A stretch of DNA of 64,000 nucleotides from a virus (IMGVR_UViG_2974753081_000001:1-64000), one strand, 5' to 3'; counted from the first letter of the stretch, positions 9,602 to 21,645 are shown. Numbers and translations are program-made. Notes: generated from the letters alone by a model not told the origin.

Positions 9602-12167
9602 TTTCGAGATCAACGACCGACGTGCGTCGGCGGCTCCGAACTTCAGCAGGATCGAGGCCAACCTGCGCAACCGTGGCTTCGCGCTCCCGTCGTCTCCGGT
9701 CATGGCTCGCAAGGCCGTCCAGGAAACCGTCACCTCGGTCGAGAACCGGACGCTGACTGCCTCGATGAAGCGCACCGGATCGGTGACCCGGCAGGCCAGT
9801 TCGGTCCAGATGGCCATCCCGAAGGTGCGCGAGCCGATGTCCTCGCTGAAGGACAAGAACATCCCCTACGACACGACCGACCCCAAGCAGCTGAAGGAGA
9901 TTCGGAAGTGGGCGCGGCTGTTCTACTCAACCCACGACCTGGTCCCGCTGCTCATCGACATCTACTCGAAGTTCCCGCTGGTCGGCATGGAGTTCAAATC
10001 GAAAGACCCCAAGATCAAGGAGTTCTACGAGTCCGTGTTCATGGACACGCTGGACTACGAGACGTTCCTGCAGGACCTCGGTCGTGAGTATTTTATTTCG
10101 GGCGAGGTCAACTCCCTGGGCCACTTCGATGAGACGCTGGGCGTGTTCTCGTCGGAGGAGATTCTGAATCCAGACTCGCTGCAGGTCTCCAAGTCGATGT
10201 TCGTCCAGCACGAGCGCGTGCAGCTGCTCGTCAGGGACATGGTCGAGGCTCTGCGCGATGCCGCTACCTCTGGAGCCGAGGACGAGGCCACTCGCTCGGA
10301 GATGCTGGAGAAGAGCTGGGAGTACCAGCAGCTGGTCGAGCACTTCCCCGAGATCATCCAGGCCGCACAGCTCAACGACGGCCTGGACATCTCCGACGCC
10401 CTCATCAGCCGCATCGTGAACAAGGTGCAGCCGTGGGACCTCCGGGGCACCCCGCACCTGCTCCGGTCGTTCCGGACGCTGATGATGGAGGAGTCGCTGA
10501 ACTCGGCCCAGGACGCCGTGGCCGACCGGCTGTACTCGCCGTTCATCCTCGCCACGCTGGGCATCGCCGACCTCGGCGACCGCCAGCCTTGGATTCCCGA
10601 CCAGGCCGACCTGGACGAGACGCGCGACATGATGCAGGACGCGCTGGCTGCCGACTTCCGGCTGATGGTCCACAACTTCGGCCTGAAGGTCGAGAGTGTG
10701 TTCGGTCGCGAGGCCGTGCCGCGCTTCGATCAGGACTATGCCCGGATCGACAAGAAGCTCATGCAGGCGTGGGGCATCGGCGAGGCCCTGATCTCCGGCG
10801 GCAGCTCATCCACCTACGCCAGCTCTGCACTCAACCGCGAGTTCGTCACCCAGATGATGTCGGCGTTCCAGAAGGCCGTGAAGAAGCACATGCGCAAGCG
10901 GTGCGAGATCATCGCCGAGGCCCAGGGCCACTTCGACTACGACGTCAAGGGCGGCGTCCGCACGCCGGTCATGCGCGAGATCGTGGAGTTCGACGAGGAG
11001 ACCGGCGAGAACTACACCCGGAAAATCCCGAAGCTGCTCATCCCCGAGATTGAGTTCTCCACGCTCAACCTCCGCGATGAGTCGCAGGAGCGCGCGTTCC
11101 TGCAGCAGCTCCGCCAGTCCGGCGTGCCGATCTCCGATCAGTCGCTGTCGGTCAACATCCCCATCGAGTTCGAGGAGGAGCTGGAGGCCGTCTCCGAGGA
11201 GAAGGTCAACAAGCTCATCGCCGAGGCGCAGGCTATGGCGAAGGCTGCCAAGTACATCGAGGAGGCCGGACTGCCGATCCCGCCCGACCTCGCTCGGTAC
11301 CTGGCCGCACAGGCTCAGCTCGACAAGGAGAAGGCGGGCTCGGACACCGAGCAGGCCAACGCCGAGCAGGCGCAGCAGATCGCGGACAACCCCGAGCTGG
11401 CTCTGGAGCTGACCAAGGCGCAGAACCCCGGCGTTCCGGGGCAGCCTGGCGTGCCGGGGCAGCCTCCGGGTCTGGAGGGTCAGCCTCCCGGCGGCGGGCA
11501 GAAGCCGTCCGGCCTCAACGGCACCGCCCCCGGCGCACCGAAGGGGCTGCCGTCCGGCAGCAGCAGCGGGGGTGCCAAGCCTCCAGCCAATGGCCAGCAG
11601 GTCGGCGACGGCGGTGGCGATGCGTTCGGGCTCAGCCTGGACAACGGAATCGGCGCGGATCAGCTGAAGAACGACGAGCCGAGTCCGGGCTTCGAGGAGA
11701 TTCCGATCAATCAGCCGATCCTGAACCCCGACGACTCTGCCGGGGCTAAGCCTGCCGATGCCAAGCCGCTGGTGCCACGTAATCGCTCGCGCCCGGAGGA
11801 GTCCGACGAGCAGCGCAAGAACAGTCCGCGCAAGGCGTCGTTCGGCCAGGCACCGTCGTCGTATGGCGCGGCCAAGCACGCTTCGGTGTCGGATATCGAG
11901 GCGTCGATGGCGCGACTGTCGGCCCCGGCGCAGACCGTTCGGGAGCTGGTCGACCACGACGACTTTTTCGAGGCCCTGAACCGTCAGGGCTATCGTGATC
12001 AGATCAGGGCCGACATCGATGTGCTGTATCCAATGGTCGAGGTGGACAAGTACGGGTCACCTCGGCTGGCTTCAAACGACCCGAACCTGGTCGAGTCGTT
12101 TACCGTATTGAGTGAGATGGCTGGTCAGTACGAGGAAATCTTCGGCTTCCAGCCAGAATGGGCCTAG
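9594..12167 (+). CDS. Portal protein with long Pro/Gly-rich C-terminal extension
   Basis: Position in head module; portal-like helical core (LVPLLIDIYSKFP, RGTPHLLRSFRTL). Start may be TTG 9585 or GTG 9594. Confidence 0.8.
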   Translation: MGDFEINDRRASAAPNFSRIEANLRNRGFALPSSPVMARKAVQETVTSVENRTLTASMKRTGSVTRQASSVQMAIPKVREPMSSLKDKNIPYDTTDPKQLKEIRKWARLFYSTHDLVPLLIDIYSKFPLVGMEFKSKDPKIKEFYESVFMDTLDYETFLQDLGREYFISGEVNSLGHFDETLGVFSSEEILNPDSLQVSKSMFVQHERVQLLVRDMVEALRDAATSGAEDEATRSEMLEKSWEYQQLVEHFPEIIQAAQLNDGLDISDALISRIVNKVQPWDLRGTPHLLRSFRTLMMEESLNSAQDAVADRLYSPFILATLGIADLGDRQPWIPDQADLDETRDMMQDALAADFRLMVHNFGLKVESVFGREAVPRFDQDYARIDKKLMQAWGIGEALISGGSSSTYASSALNREFVTQMMSAFQKAVKKHMRKRCEIIAEAQGHFDYDVKGGVRTPVMREIVEFDEETGENYTRKIPKLLIPEIEFSTLNLRDESQERAFLQQLRQSGVPISDQSLSVNIPIEFEEELEAVSEEKVNKLIAEAQAMAKAAKYIEEAGLPIPPDLARYLAAQAQLDKEKAGSDTEQANAEQAQQIADNPELALELTKAQNPGVPGQPGVPGQPPGLEGQPPGGGQKPSGLNGTAPGAPKGLPSGSSSGGAKPPANGQQVGDGGGDAFGLSLDNGIGADQLKNDEPSPGFEEIPINQPILNPDDSAGAKPADAKPLVPRNRSRPEESDEQRKNSPRKASFGQAPSSYGAAKHASVSDIEASMARLSAPAQTVRELVDHDDFFEALNRQGYRDQIRADIDVLYPMVEVDKYGSPRLASNDPNLVESFTVLSEMAGQYEEIFGFQPEWA

Positions 12168-12187
12168 ACCGAATCGAAGGATCAGTT

Positions 12188-15109
12188 ATGTCTCAGCAGC
12201 AGGTGACCACCGAGTTCGGTCCCGGCGTGATCGTGGCGTCCGAGTCGACGCGCGGCCAGACGTCGTACAAGGTGGAGGGCAACGACTTCACCGTCTGGCT
12301 CACCGCTGCCCAGATTCCCGAGTTCGGCGGCTTCCCGCTGATGGACAACGGGTACCACCCCGGTCAGGTGAACTACGAGAACAGCACCACGCTGCCGTAC
12401 AACCCCCGGCCTCAGTTCGCCCCGCACAGCGGCGAGTCGACCATCCAGCCGAACCAGCACCTGGACACCCAGAAGCGCCTGAGCCCGGCGGACTCGGTGA
12501 CCTTCGAGGAGCGCGACGAGGTCGACCGCTTCCCGCGCAACTTCGCTCGCTCGGCCAGCGTCCATGAGGCATACGGGCACTGGGATGCCTGGCAGCCAGG
12601 CAGCAACACCACACTCAACGAGGAGGTCCTGAATCTCGGCGGGTCCGTGCAGCTGACCGTCTCCTATGACAACCCCGACCGTGGTGTCTCGTGGGCAGTC
12701 GTCTCTGGCGGAGAGGTCGAGGCGACCGGGGTTGCTAGCGGTGTCCCCGAGGCTAAGGGTGCCGCGATGCGCGCCGCCGAGGGCATGGGTTTCGAGTTCT
12801 TCTCAGGACGTCGCTCGGCGTCTCTGCGCAGGGCGGGAACCCCCAACCCCTACGCCGACGACAGAGATGTCCAGGAATACCTCGAATGGTGCAAGGACTA
12901 CAACGAAGAGCCCACCAGTCCCGACACCATTCGTGAGTGGGCGGAGATGAGTTCGGTGTCTGACATCGAAGACACCCTCAACGAATGGGCCTACCACCAG
13001 CACTTCGCGTCTCGCCTTGCTGCAGATGAAAACGGGACAGCAGACACCTGGACTGACACCACCTACCCCTCGCCAGTCATCGACGGCGAGTACCCCGGTG
13101 GCACCAACACTCCCGTCGATCACGGATTCGATCAGCTCAACGACGCCCACGACGAGATTCAGGCCCGTCTCGGCGACAAGTACATCGACATCCCCCGCGA
13201 CGTCGACCACTCCAGCCTGCAGGCGCGGCTGGATGCCGACCCCTACCGCGTCGTCGCTGACATCAAGGCCGCGAACCGCGAGCTGGCGCTGGCGCAGCAC
13301 GACGCCCCGGCGATCCTGGCTCAGGTCGACCTGGAGGCTGCCGATCCGCAGATTCGTGAGGCCGCATGGGCCGACGTCCGAGCCAAGGCCACCCGCCTGC
13401 GCCGCTCGGGCAACGTGCAGACCGATGCCGTCAACGCCACGGCCATCGTCGCGACGGTTACCGGCGACCACGGCATCTACGACGTCGCGGTGATCCGTGG
13501 CTCGCACCTGACCGGGTCCTCGCACGTCTCCGAGTGGAGCTGCTCGTGCCCGTGGGGCGACTGGGCCTTCGAGCGCCAGCACACCTACGTCGGTCGTCTG
13601 TGCTCGCACGCCTACGCCGCTCTCCAGGAGCTGCGCGCGACGACTATGCGCAAGGAGAAGCCGAAGGAATGGAACCACCCGGCGCTCGCCTCGCGCACCG
13701 CCGCCTCCGGCGAGGACATGGTCGGCAAGCAGGTCGTGACCGACGATGGCGACACCATCACCGTCACCCGGTACGACGCAGACACCGACTCGGTCTACGG
13801 CGAGAACACCGACCCCGACGACTACTTCGGCAAGGGCTCGGAGATCGGCCCGTTCAGCAAGGGCGAGTGGCGAGAGGCATCGACCAAGACCTCCGCCCAG
13901 CCGATGTGGTCGAGCTGGCCGCAGTGGGACTGGCTGGAGACCGCTGACGGTTCCTTCGCCGCCGAGATCGTGGTCTATGGCGAACTCGGCCCGTCGGGCA
14001 ACGTCGGCACGGGCGCGATCGAGTGGAAGATCATCGACTGCAACAACCTGTTCCGCGAGGTCGAGCGCAGCACCAAGGAGTACTCGCACGCCGATGAGGC
14101 GCAGGAGGACGCGGCCAACGCTCTGGAGAAGTACGGGCGCGTGGTCATCGGTTCTCGGTTCCCGCGCGATGACGGTCGGCTGTCGACCGAGCCCGGCACC
14201 CTGGAGCCGGGATACAACCTCATCCCGCAGACCCACGAGCGCCACCGCGACGACCTGGCTACCGGCTCCCCGTACCCGCGCGAGGTCGTCCAGGCGTCCC
14301 GCGAGGTCACCGCCGATGAGGGCGAGGACTACGCGGAGTGGGTCATCGGGCGCTGGATCAACCAGAACTACCCCCAGCTCAGCCACAACACCCCGGACTC
14401 GGCGGTCGAGGCCATCGTCAACCGGGCCATCACCGACATCGGCATGGATGTGGACGAGGACAGCATTCGTGACGTGGTGTACCAGTACGCCCGCCGCCTC
14501 AACGCTGCTGTCCAGGTGCAGTCGAATGCGTTCGACCGCTACATGGACTACTCCGAGGGTGACGTTGGCGAGGCGATGTGGGCCGAATACCGCGAATACC
14601 GCGAGATGATCGGCGACCCCATCACCGAGGCCGAAATCGAGGAGCTGGGGCCGGGCATCGTCCGCGAGGCGTTCATCGACGAGCCGCTCGTCGGCTCTGG
14701 CACCGATCAGCCGAGCAGCTTCGGTACTTCGGAGGAGTACGTCCGCGAGCACGAGGCTCCCGGATACGATGACGTGACTCAGCGGTCCGATGGCAGCTAT
14801 GTCGCCTCGATCCCCGAGAATGGGATCAGCGAGGACGGCACCGACGACCCCAATCTGGTCTCGGTCGAGGACCCCGACGACATCGTGGCGCAGTTCCAGC
14901 GCGAGGCTGGCGCTCACCTGATGTCGAATGCACCGGAGCCGGTCGGTGGAGGTATGGACTTCGCCGGGGCCGCTCAGGCGTTCCTGCGGACCGCTGGCCG
15001 TCAGTTCTCCGAGGCCGAGCAGATGGCCCTGATGAACGAGGCGGCGATCGATGGCACCCCCATCGATCAGTCCGAGCTGGAACTCGGCGGCACGCACTAT
15101 CTCGGATAG
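12188..15109 (+). CDS. Modular head-region polyprotein C with SWIM zinc finger
   Basis: WSCSCPW...LCSHAYA SWIM motif; RSA, RRA, RLA, RTA and REA linkers; ATG 12188 after GAAGGA. Confidence 0.85.
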   Translation: MSQQQVTTEFGPGVIVASESTRGQTSYKVEGNDFTVWLTAAQIPEFGGFPLMDNGYHPGQVNYENSTTLPYNPRPQFAPHSGESTIQPNQHLDTQKRLSPADSVTFEERDEVDRFPRNFARSASVHEAYGHWDAWQPGSNTTLNEEVLNLGGSVQLTVSYDNPDRGVSWAVVSGGEVEATGVASGVPEAKGAAMRAAEGMGFEFFSGRRSASLRRAGTPNPYADDRDVQEYLEWCKDYNEEPTSPDTIREWAEMSSVSDIEDTLNEWAYHQHFASRLAADENGTADTWTDTTYPSPVIDGEYPGGTNTPVDHGFDQLNDAHDEIQARLGDKYIDIPRDVDHSSLQARLDADPYRVVADIKAANRELALAQHDAPAILAQVDLEAADPQIREAAWADVRAKATRLRRSGNVQTDAVNATAIVATVTGDHGIYDVAVIRGSHLTGSSHVSEWSCSCPWGDWAFERQHTYVGRLCSHAYAALQELRATTMRKEKPKEWNHPALASRTAASGEDMVGKQVVTDDGDTITVTRYDADTDSVYGENTDPDDYFGKGSEIGPFSKGEWREASTKTSAQPMWSSWPQWDWLETADGSFAAEIVVYGELGPSGNVGTGAIEWKIIDCNNLFREVERSTKEYSHADEAQEDAANALEKYGRVVIGSRFPRDDGRLSTEPGTLEPGYNLIPQTHERHRDDLATGSPYPREVVQASREVTADEGEDYAEWVIGRWINQNYPQLSHNTPDSAVEAIVNRAITDIGMDVDEDSIRDVVYQYARRLNAAVQVQSNAFDRYMDYSEGDVGEAMWAEYREYREMIGDPITEAEIEELGPGIVREAFIDEPLVGSGTDQPSSFGTSEEYVREHEAPGYDDVTQRSDGSYVASIPENGISEDGTDDPNLVSVEDPDDIVAQFQREAGAHLMSNAPEPVGGGMDFAGAAQAFLRTAGRQFSEAEQMALMNEAAIDGTPIDQSELELGGTHYLG

Positions 15110-15159
15110 ATCGTGCTCAACGTGGCACGATTGACCTCGGGCCGTAAGAAGGGAGAGCT

Positions 15160-18100
15160 GTGAGCGTCACCAAGGGCGGCAACGTCAGGACGTCAAGCAA
15201 CTCCGTGGTCGCCAATCGCGACATCCTCGCTCTCGCCGAGGAGAAGGGCTTCGATCTGATCGAGGGCTTCTCCACCCGCAAGGGCTACATCTACACCGTG
15301 ACCCGAGCGATCTCTGCCCGCGTGAACCAGAACTACGACGGCTTCCCGTCGGAGGAGCTGAAGAAGGCGTACAAGACGTTCCTGGGCAAGCCGGTGTTCG
15401 TCAACCACCTCAACGATGACCCGACGAAGGCTCGTGGCCGCGTCGTCGGCGCTCGGTACGTCGAGAATGGCGACGACAAGTACATCGAGGTCATCCAGGA
15501 GGTCAACGCGCAGAAGTTCCCGCTGCTGGCCAAGGAGCTGACCGAGGCGGGGCTGGACTCGGTGTCGATGGGATGCTCGGCGGAGCGGACCATCTGTTCG
15601 TTCTGCGGCAACGTGGCGACCGGCATGTTCGACATGTGCGCGCACGTGCTCAACTCCAAGGGCCAGAAGCTCCGGCGTGCCGGGGCCAACGGCGTCGAGG
15701 ATGTGCTGGTCTACGAGGAGTGCCGCGATCTCGGGTTCTTCGAGCTGAGCTACGTGTTCGATCCTGCTGACGAGACGGCGGTCGTGAGCAACCTGGTCGT
15801 GGCCGGTAAGCAGGCCGCGCTGCCGGTCGACGACATTCCCCCGGCAAAAAGTGCCAGCGTTGGCGCGTACAACCGCATCTACTGCGACTACCCCGGCTGC
15901 GGCAACTGGGCCATCAACAAGTCCGAGCGCCACCAGTCGAGTTGGGTCTCCGGCGGCGGAGAGCTGCGGCCCCACGACTACTGCTCCGAGGACCACCGCA
16001 CGGCCTACGAGGCCGAGTTCCCGTCCTGGAACGTCGAGGCCGCTGTGCGCAACCCGATCAAGTTCCACGCGCTGCAGCTGCAGGCGTATGGCGAGGTCGA
16101 GGCCCCCGAGGCAGTGGACACTCTTCGCGATGACTCCGAGGAGCAGGAGGAGGAGTTCCACCAGTACGTGAAGTCCCCTCCCGAGCTGTCGATGCCCGAC
16201 CTGGACCGCGCTCGCGAGCTGGAACGTCGCGAGGAGATGGGCGAGGGGTACGAGGACTTCTCGGACTACCTGCAGGATGGCATCGCCGACGACGACGTCT
16301 CGCTGGACGAGGACGTCATGTCGGACCCGAACGCCGTCGGCGAGATGCGCGATGATCTGACCGACGAAGGCCGCGAGGACGACTCGCCGGTCGACATCAA
16401 CGAGGTCGAGAACTTCGGCCAGGACCCGCTCGACGCGCTCGACTCCGACACCGAGGATGTCGACCTGGACGGCGTCGATGAGATGACCGACCCCGACGAC
16501 ATCCAGCCCGCCCCCGACGACAACCCGTTCGCTCCGGCTGCCGAGGACGACGACGTCATGGTCGATCCGGACGATATGGTCATCGAAGACGAGGACGCTG
16601 CTCCGCCTGTTGCTCAGCCCGAGACCAACGAGGTGGCCCCGAAGCCGCCGCAGGACGAACCGAAATCCGACCAGGTTTCGCCGCCTGCTCCGCCGAAGGT
16701 CGAGAAGCCGAATAACGAACCGGCACCGAAGGATTCGCCCGAGAAGAAGCGCACCACGCCTGCTCCGGACGACGAAGCTGCCCCCGCCAAGGACGACGCC
16801 GAGCCCGAAGATTCGGCAGACTCGAATGTGAGGGTGGATGATGATGGGGAAACCGAGGTCAGCGATCTCGCTGACCAGCTGGGAATCTCAGAGGATCAGC
16901 TGCTGCAGCTTGACCCCGAAGACTTGATGGCCCTGCTCGACGTCGAGGACGACGAGACCGACGAGGAGAAGAAAATGGCACCACAGGCATCGACTCGGCG
17001 GCACGCTGCTGAAACCGAAACCGCTGCTGAATCCGAAACCTGCGAGCACCCAGGGTGCGATCGCGGCCCGTCCAACGGATGGCGGCTGTACCTGACCAAG
17101 GGGAAGCAGCTATGCATGGAGCACGCCGAGGATGTCTTTGGGGCACGTCGCAAGAACACAACCGCACGGAAGGACAGCACGATGAGTGAAGGCTCTCTGG
17201 CGCAGCGCGGGAGGGTCGCCTCTCGTCGTCGCACCGCAGACGACAGCCGCAACGATCAGGGCGAGTTCGAGGAGACGTTCCTCAGCGAGACCCCGCCCGC
17301 CGAACCGGTCGAGACCGGTGAGGGCGAAGGCGACGCCCCGAACTCCGAGGATCAGCTCGTGGCTTCGATCCGCCGCCAGCAGGCGCAGCTCGCCCGCATC
17401 CGCCGGGCCAAGCGCAAGCAGGCCGACGGTGGATTCCTCGGCGACGGCTCCAGCGAGGGCGAGACCGCCGAGGTCATCAACCCGCCGCTGTCGGGCACCG
17501 ACGAGCAGGAGCTGAAGGGCGACTTCGAGTCGGCTGATCCCAACGAGGGCGTCGAGGAGACCCAGCCCAAGGACGCCAGTCGCAAGGCGCGCATCGCCCG
17601 CCGTCGTCGCCACCATTTCGAGAGCTTCGTCCAGCGCACCGCTGGCAAGAGCGTCGAGGAGGCCAAGTCGATCGGCGAGCTGCGCTCGTGGGTGACCGCG
17701 TACTGCAAGGAGGCCAACGTCCGCGCCGAGGTCATGTACCCGGTCGTCAAGGGCACCGTCCTCGCGCTGCGCAAGCGGGCCTCGGACAACGAGAACTCCG
17801 GCACCTCGGGCGATCAGTCCGAGCCGCCGGAGTTCATCAAGGAGAAGATCGAGGACTCCAAGGAGTCCCGCCGCAAGCAGACCTCTGCCGGTCGTCGTAA
17901 GATGGCCGATGAGAAGTTGGATGTGGCCGCACCGGACGGGCGCGTGGATGTCGAACGCCCCGTCGCTGACGACACAGACGACGAAGCTCAGGCCAGCCAG
18001 TTCGACAAGGGCGACTTCGGCGACAACGCCGGAGACGACAAGGCGGACCCGGACCTGAGCACCGACCAGAACTGGGCTCCGGGTAACGGGAAGTCATCCG

Positions 18101-18429
18101 CCCGAGTCAAGAAGGCAAGCGGCGTCAACGCTGTTCGACTGGCAGACGCCATGATCACTGCTGGCATCGAGCCGGAAGACAACCGGTGGACGCTGGCCAG
18201 CCAGTTCGAGCAGTTCGCAGCCTCGGTCGTTGACGACCGCCTGGCTCTCCTGGAGCGCGTGAATCAGGTCAACGCCTCGCGCCGCCCCATCGCACAGAAG
18301 ACCGCCGGAACTCGCGGGGCTCGCAGTGCAAACATCCCCCAGAACATGTCCTCGCGCGCGGTGGCCCCGCAGGGCCGCGTGACCGTAGCCGCGAACGACA
18401 GTTCCACCGATTCCGACATCTTTCTGTAA
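15160..18429 (+). CDS. Capsid maturation (prohead) protease fused to acidic linker and scaffold
   Basis: KPVFVNH, SVSMG and FELSYVFDPAD motifs of HK97/assemblin-fold proteases; directly upstream of the capsid genes. Confidence 0.85.
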   Translation: MSVTKGGNVRTSSNSVVANRDILALAEEKGFDLIEGFSTRKGYIYTVTRAISARVNQNYDGFPSEELKKAYKTFLGKPVFVNHLNDDPTKARGRVVGARYVENGDDKYIEVIQEVNAQKFPLLAKELTEAGLDSVSMGCSAERTICSFCGNVATGMFDMCAHVLNSKGQKLRRAGANGVEDVLVYEECRDLGFFELSYVFDPADETAVVSNLVVAGKQAALPVDDIPPAKSASVGAYNRIYCDYPGCGNWAINKSERHQSSWVSGGGELRPHDYCSEDHRTAYEAEFPSWNVEAAVRNPIKFHALQLQAYGEVEAPEAVDTLRDDSEEQEEEFHQYVKSPPELSMPDLDRARELERREEMGEGYEDFSDYLQDGIADDDVSLDEDVMSDPNAVGEMRDDLTDEGREDDSPVDINEVENFGQDPLDALDSDTEDVDLDGVDEMTDPDDIQPAPDDNPFAPAAEDDDVMVDPDDMVIEDEDAAPPVAQPETNEVAPKPPQDEPKSDQVSPPAPPKVEKPNNEPAPKDSPEKKRTTPAPDDEAAPAKDDAEPEDSADSNVRVDDDGETEVSDLADQLGISEDQLLQLDPEDLMALLDVEDDETDEEKKMAPQASTRRHAAETETAAESETCEHPGCDRGPSNGWRLYLTKGKQLCMEHAEDVFGARRKNTTARKDSTMSEGSLAQRGRVASRRRTADDSRNDQGEFEETFLSETPPAEPVETGEGEGDAPNSEDQLVASIRRQQAQLARIRRAKRKQADGGFLGDGSSEGETAEVINPPLSGTDEQELKGDFESADPNEGVEETQPKDASRKARIARRRRHHFESFVQRTAGKSVEEAKSIGELRSWVTAYCKEANVRAEVMYPVVKGTVLALRKRASDNENSGTSGDQSEPPEFIKEKIEDSKESRRKQTSAGRRKMADEKLDVAAPDGRVDVERPVADDTDDEAQASQFDKGDFGDNAGDDKADPDLSTDQNWAPGNGKSSARVKKASGVNAVRLADAMITAGIEPEDNRWTLASQFEQFAASVVDDRLALLERVNQVNASRRPIAQKTAGTRGARSANIPQNMSSRAVAPQGRVTVAANDSSTDSDIFL

Positions 18430-18444
18430 GAAAGGAGCGCCGCC

Positions 18445-18957
18445 ATGTTCATGGTTCCCGTCAGCAACCCGGCTATCAAGCGGACCATCCGTCCGCTGTA
18501 CGCCCAGCATCAGGCGACCACCTGGGCAGGATTCCTCGACCCCAACTGGGATCGTTCGTTCGACATCCTTCCCGGCTGCGTCATGACCCGCCTGTCCAAG
18601 GAAGTGTTCGCCCCCTACACCGGCCAGGCCAACGCCAAGCCGTTCGGTCTCTCTGCGTTCTTCATGGCTCCGCGCCTGGGCGTCGAAGAGGTCACCGGCA
18701 CCGGCCAGAACCTGTTCACCGTGTGGGTCGGCAATGACGATGCCGAGTTCGAAATCCTCGCTCCGGCTTTCGACACCACCGCCGACTGGACCCTGCCGAC
18801 CAACGGCAGCATCAAGCTGCTCACCGGCAACTCCCAGGCCAAGCTCACCCCGGCTGGCGCGACGGTGTACAACGCCATCGCCGAGCTGATCGACGTCGTG
18901 GGCACGGACAAGATCGTCATCCGCCCGTTCCGCCCCACGCCCGGTACCGGCGCGTAA
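18445..18957 (+). CDS. Capsid decoration / minor capsid protein
   Basis: Between scaffold and MCP; strong RBS AAGGAG; beta-rich 170 aa. Confidence 0.7.
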   Translation: MFMVPVSNPAIKRTIRPLYAQHQATTWAGFLDPNWDRSFDILPGCVMTRLSKEVFAPYTGQANAKPFGLSAFFMAPRLGVEEVTGTGQNLFTVWVGNDDAEFEILAPAFDTTADWTLPTNGSIKLLTGNSQAKLTPAGATVYNAIAELIDVVGTDKIVIRPFRPTPGTGA

Positions 18958-18985
18958 CACCGAGACCTGAAAGGAAAAAATCACC

Positions 18986-21088
<2,103 letters not shown>

Positions 21089-21089
<1 letters not shown>

Positions 21090-21607
21090 TGGAACGCACT
21101 GCCGACGCCGAACAGGCGAAGCGCACTGGAGGCATGGTCGCCCTGTATCCGACTCCCCAGTCGGCTGCTCGGGTGCTCGTGGCGGGAGGTGAGCCAATCG
21201 AGGACCTGCACCTGACGATCGGCTACCTCGGCGAGGACGTCTCGGGCTACTTCAGCCCGGTCGAGGCGGCGAACGCGGCGTTCGGCGTGGCGCAGAACTT
21301 CCCGCTGATCCAGGCCAAGGTCATGGGGCACGCCACCTTCAACCCCGACGGCGACGAACCGTGTGCGGTCCACCTGGTCGGCGACAATGACTACCTGCCG
21401 GAGCTGTACCAGTTCGTCCAGTCCCATCTGCATGCGAACTACAACCTGCCGCGCCAGCACACCCCCTGGATTCCGCATGTGACCGCTGGCTACGGCCTGA
21501 CCGCTGCCGACCTCAGCTACACCGGCCCCATCGAGTTCGACCGCGTACAGGTCAACTGGGCCGAGGAAGTTTTCGGCTACGATCTGCTGCCTCCCGCAGT
21601 ATTCTGA
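21089..21607 (+). CDS. 2H phosphoesterase (LigT / Acb1-like)
   Basis: Two HxT motifs (HLTIGY, PHVTAGY); ATG overlaps the nrdF stop (TGATG). Confidence 0.85.
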
Positions 21608-21645
21608 GGCTGGCACGGCGGAGGCGTCGCACACGGCTTCACCAC

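Noticed and set aside
12803..15097. Long minus-strand ORFs (also 5269..7101, 18989..20437, 28966..31203, 36187..37767, 47879..49534, 55350..56975)
   Set aside because: Antisense shadows of high-GC3 plus-strand genes; no RBS or motifs, and the composition mirrors the real gene.
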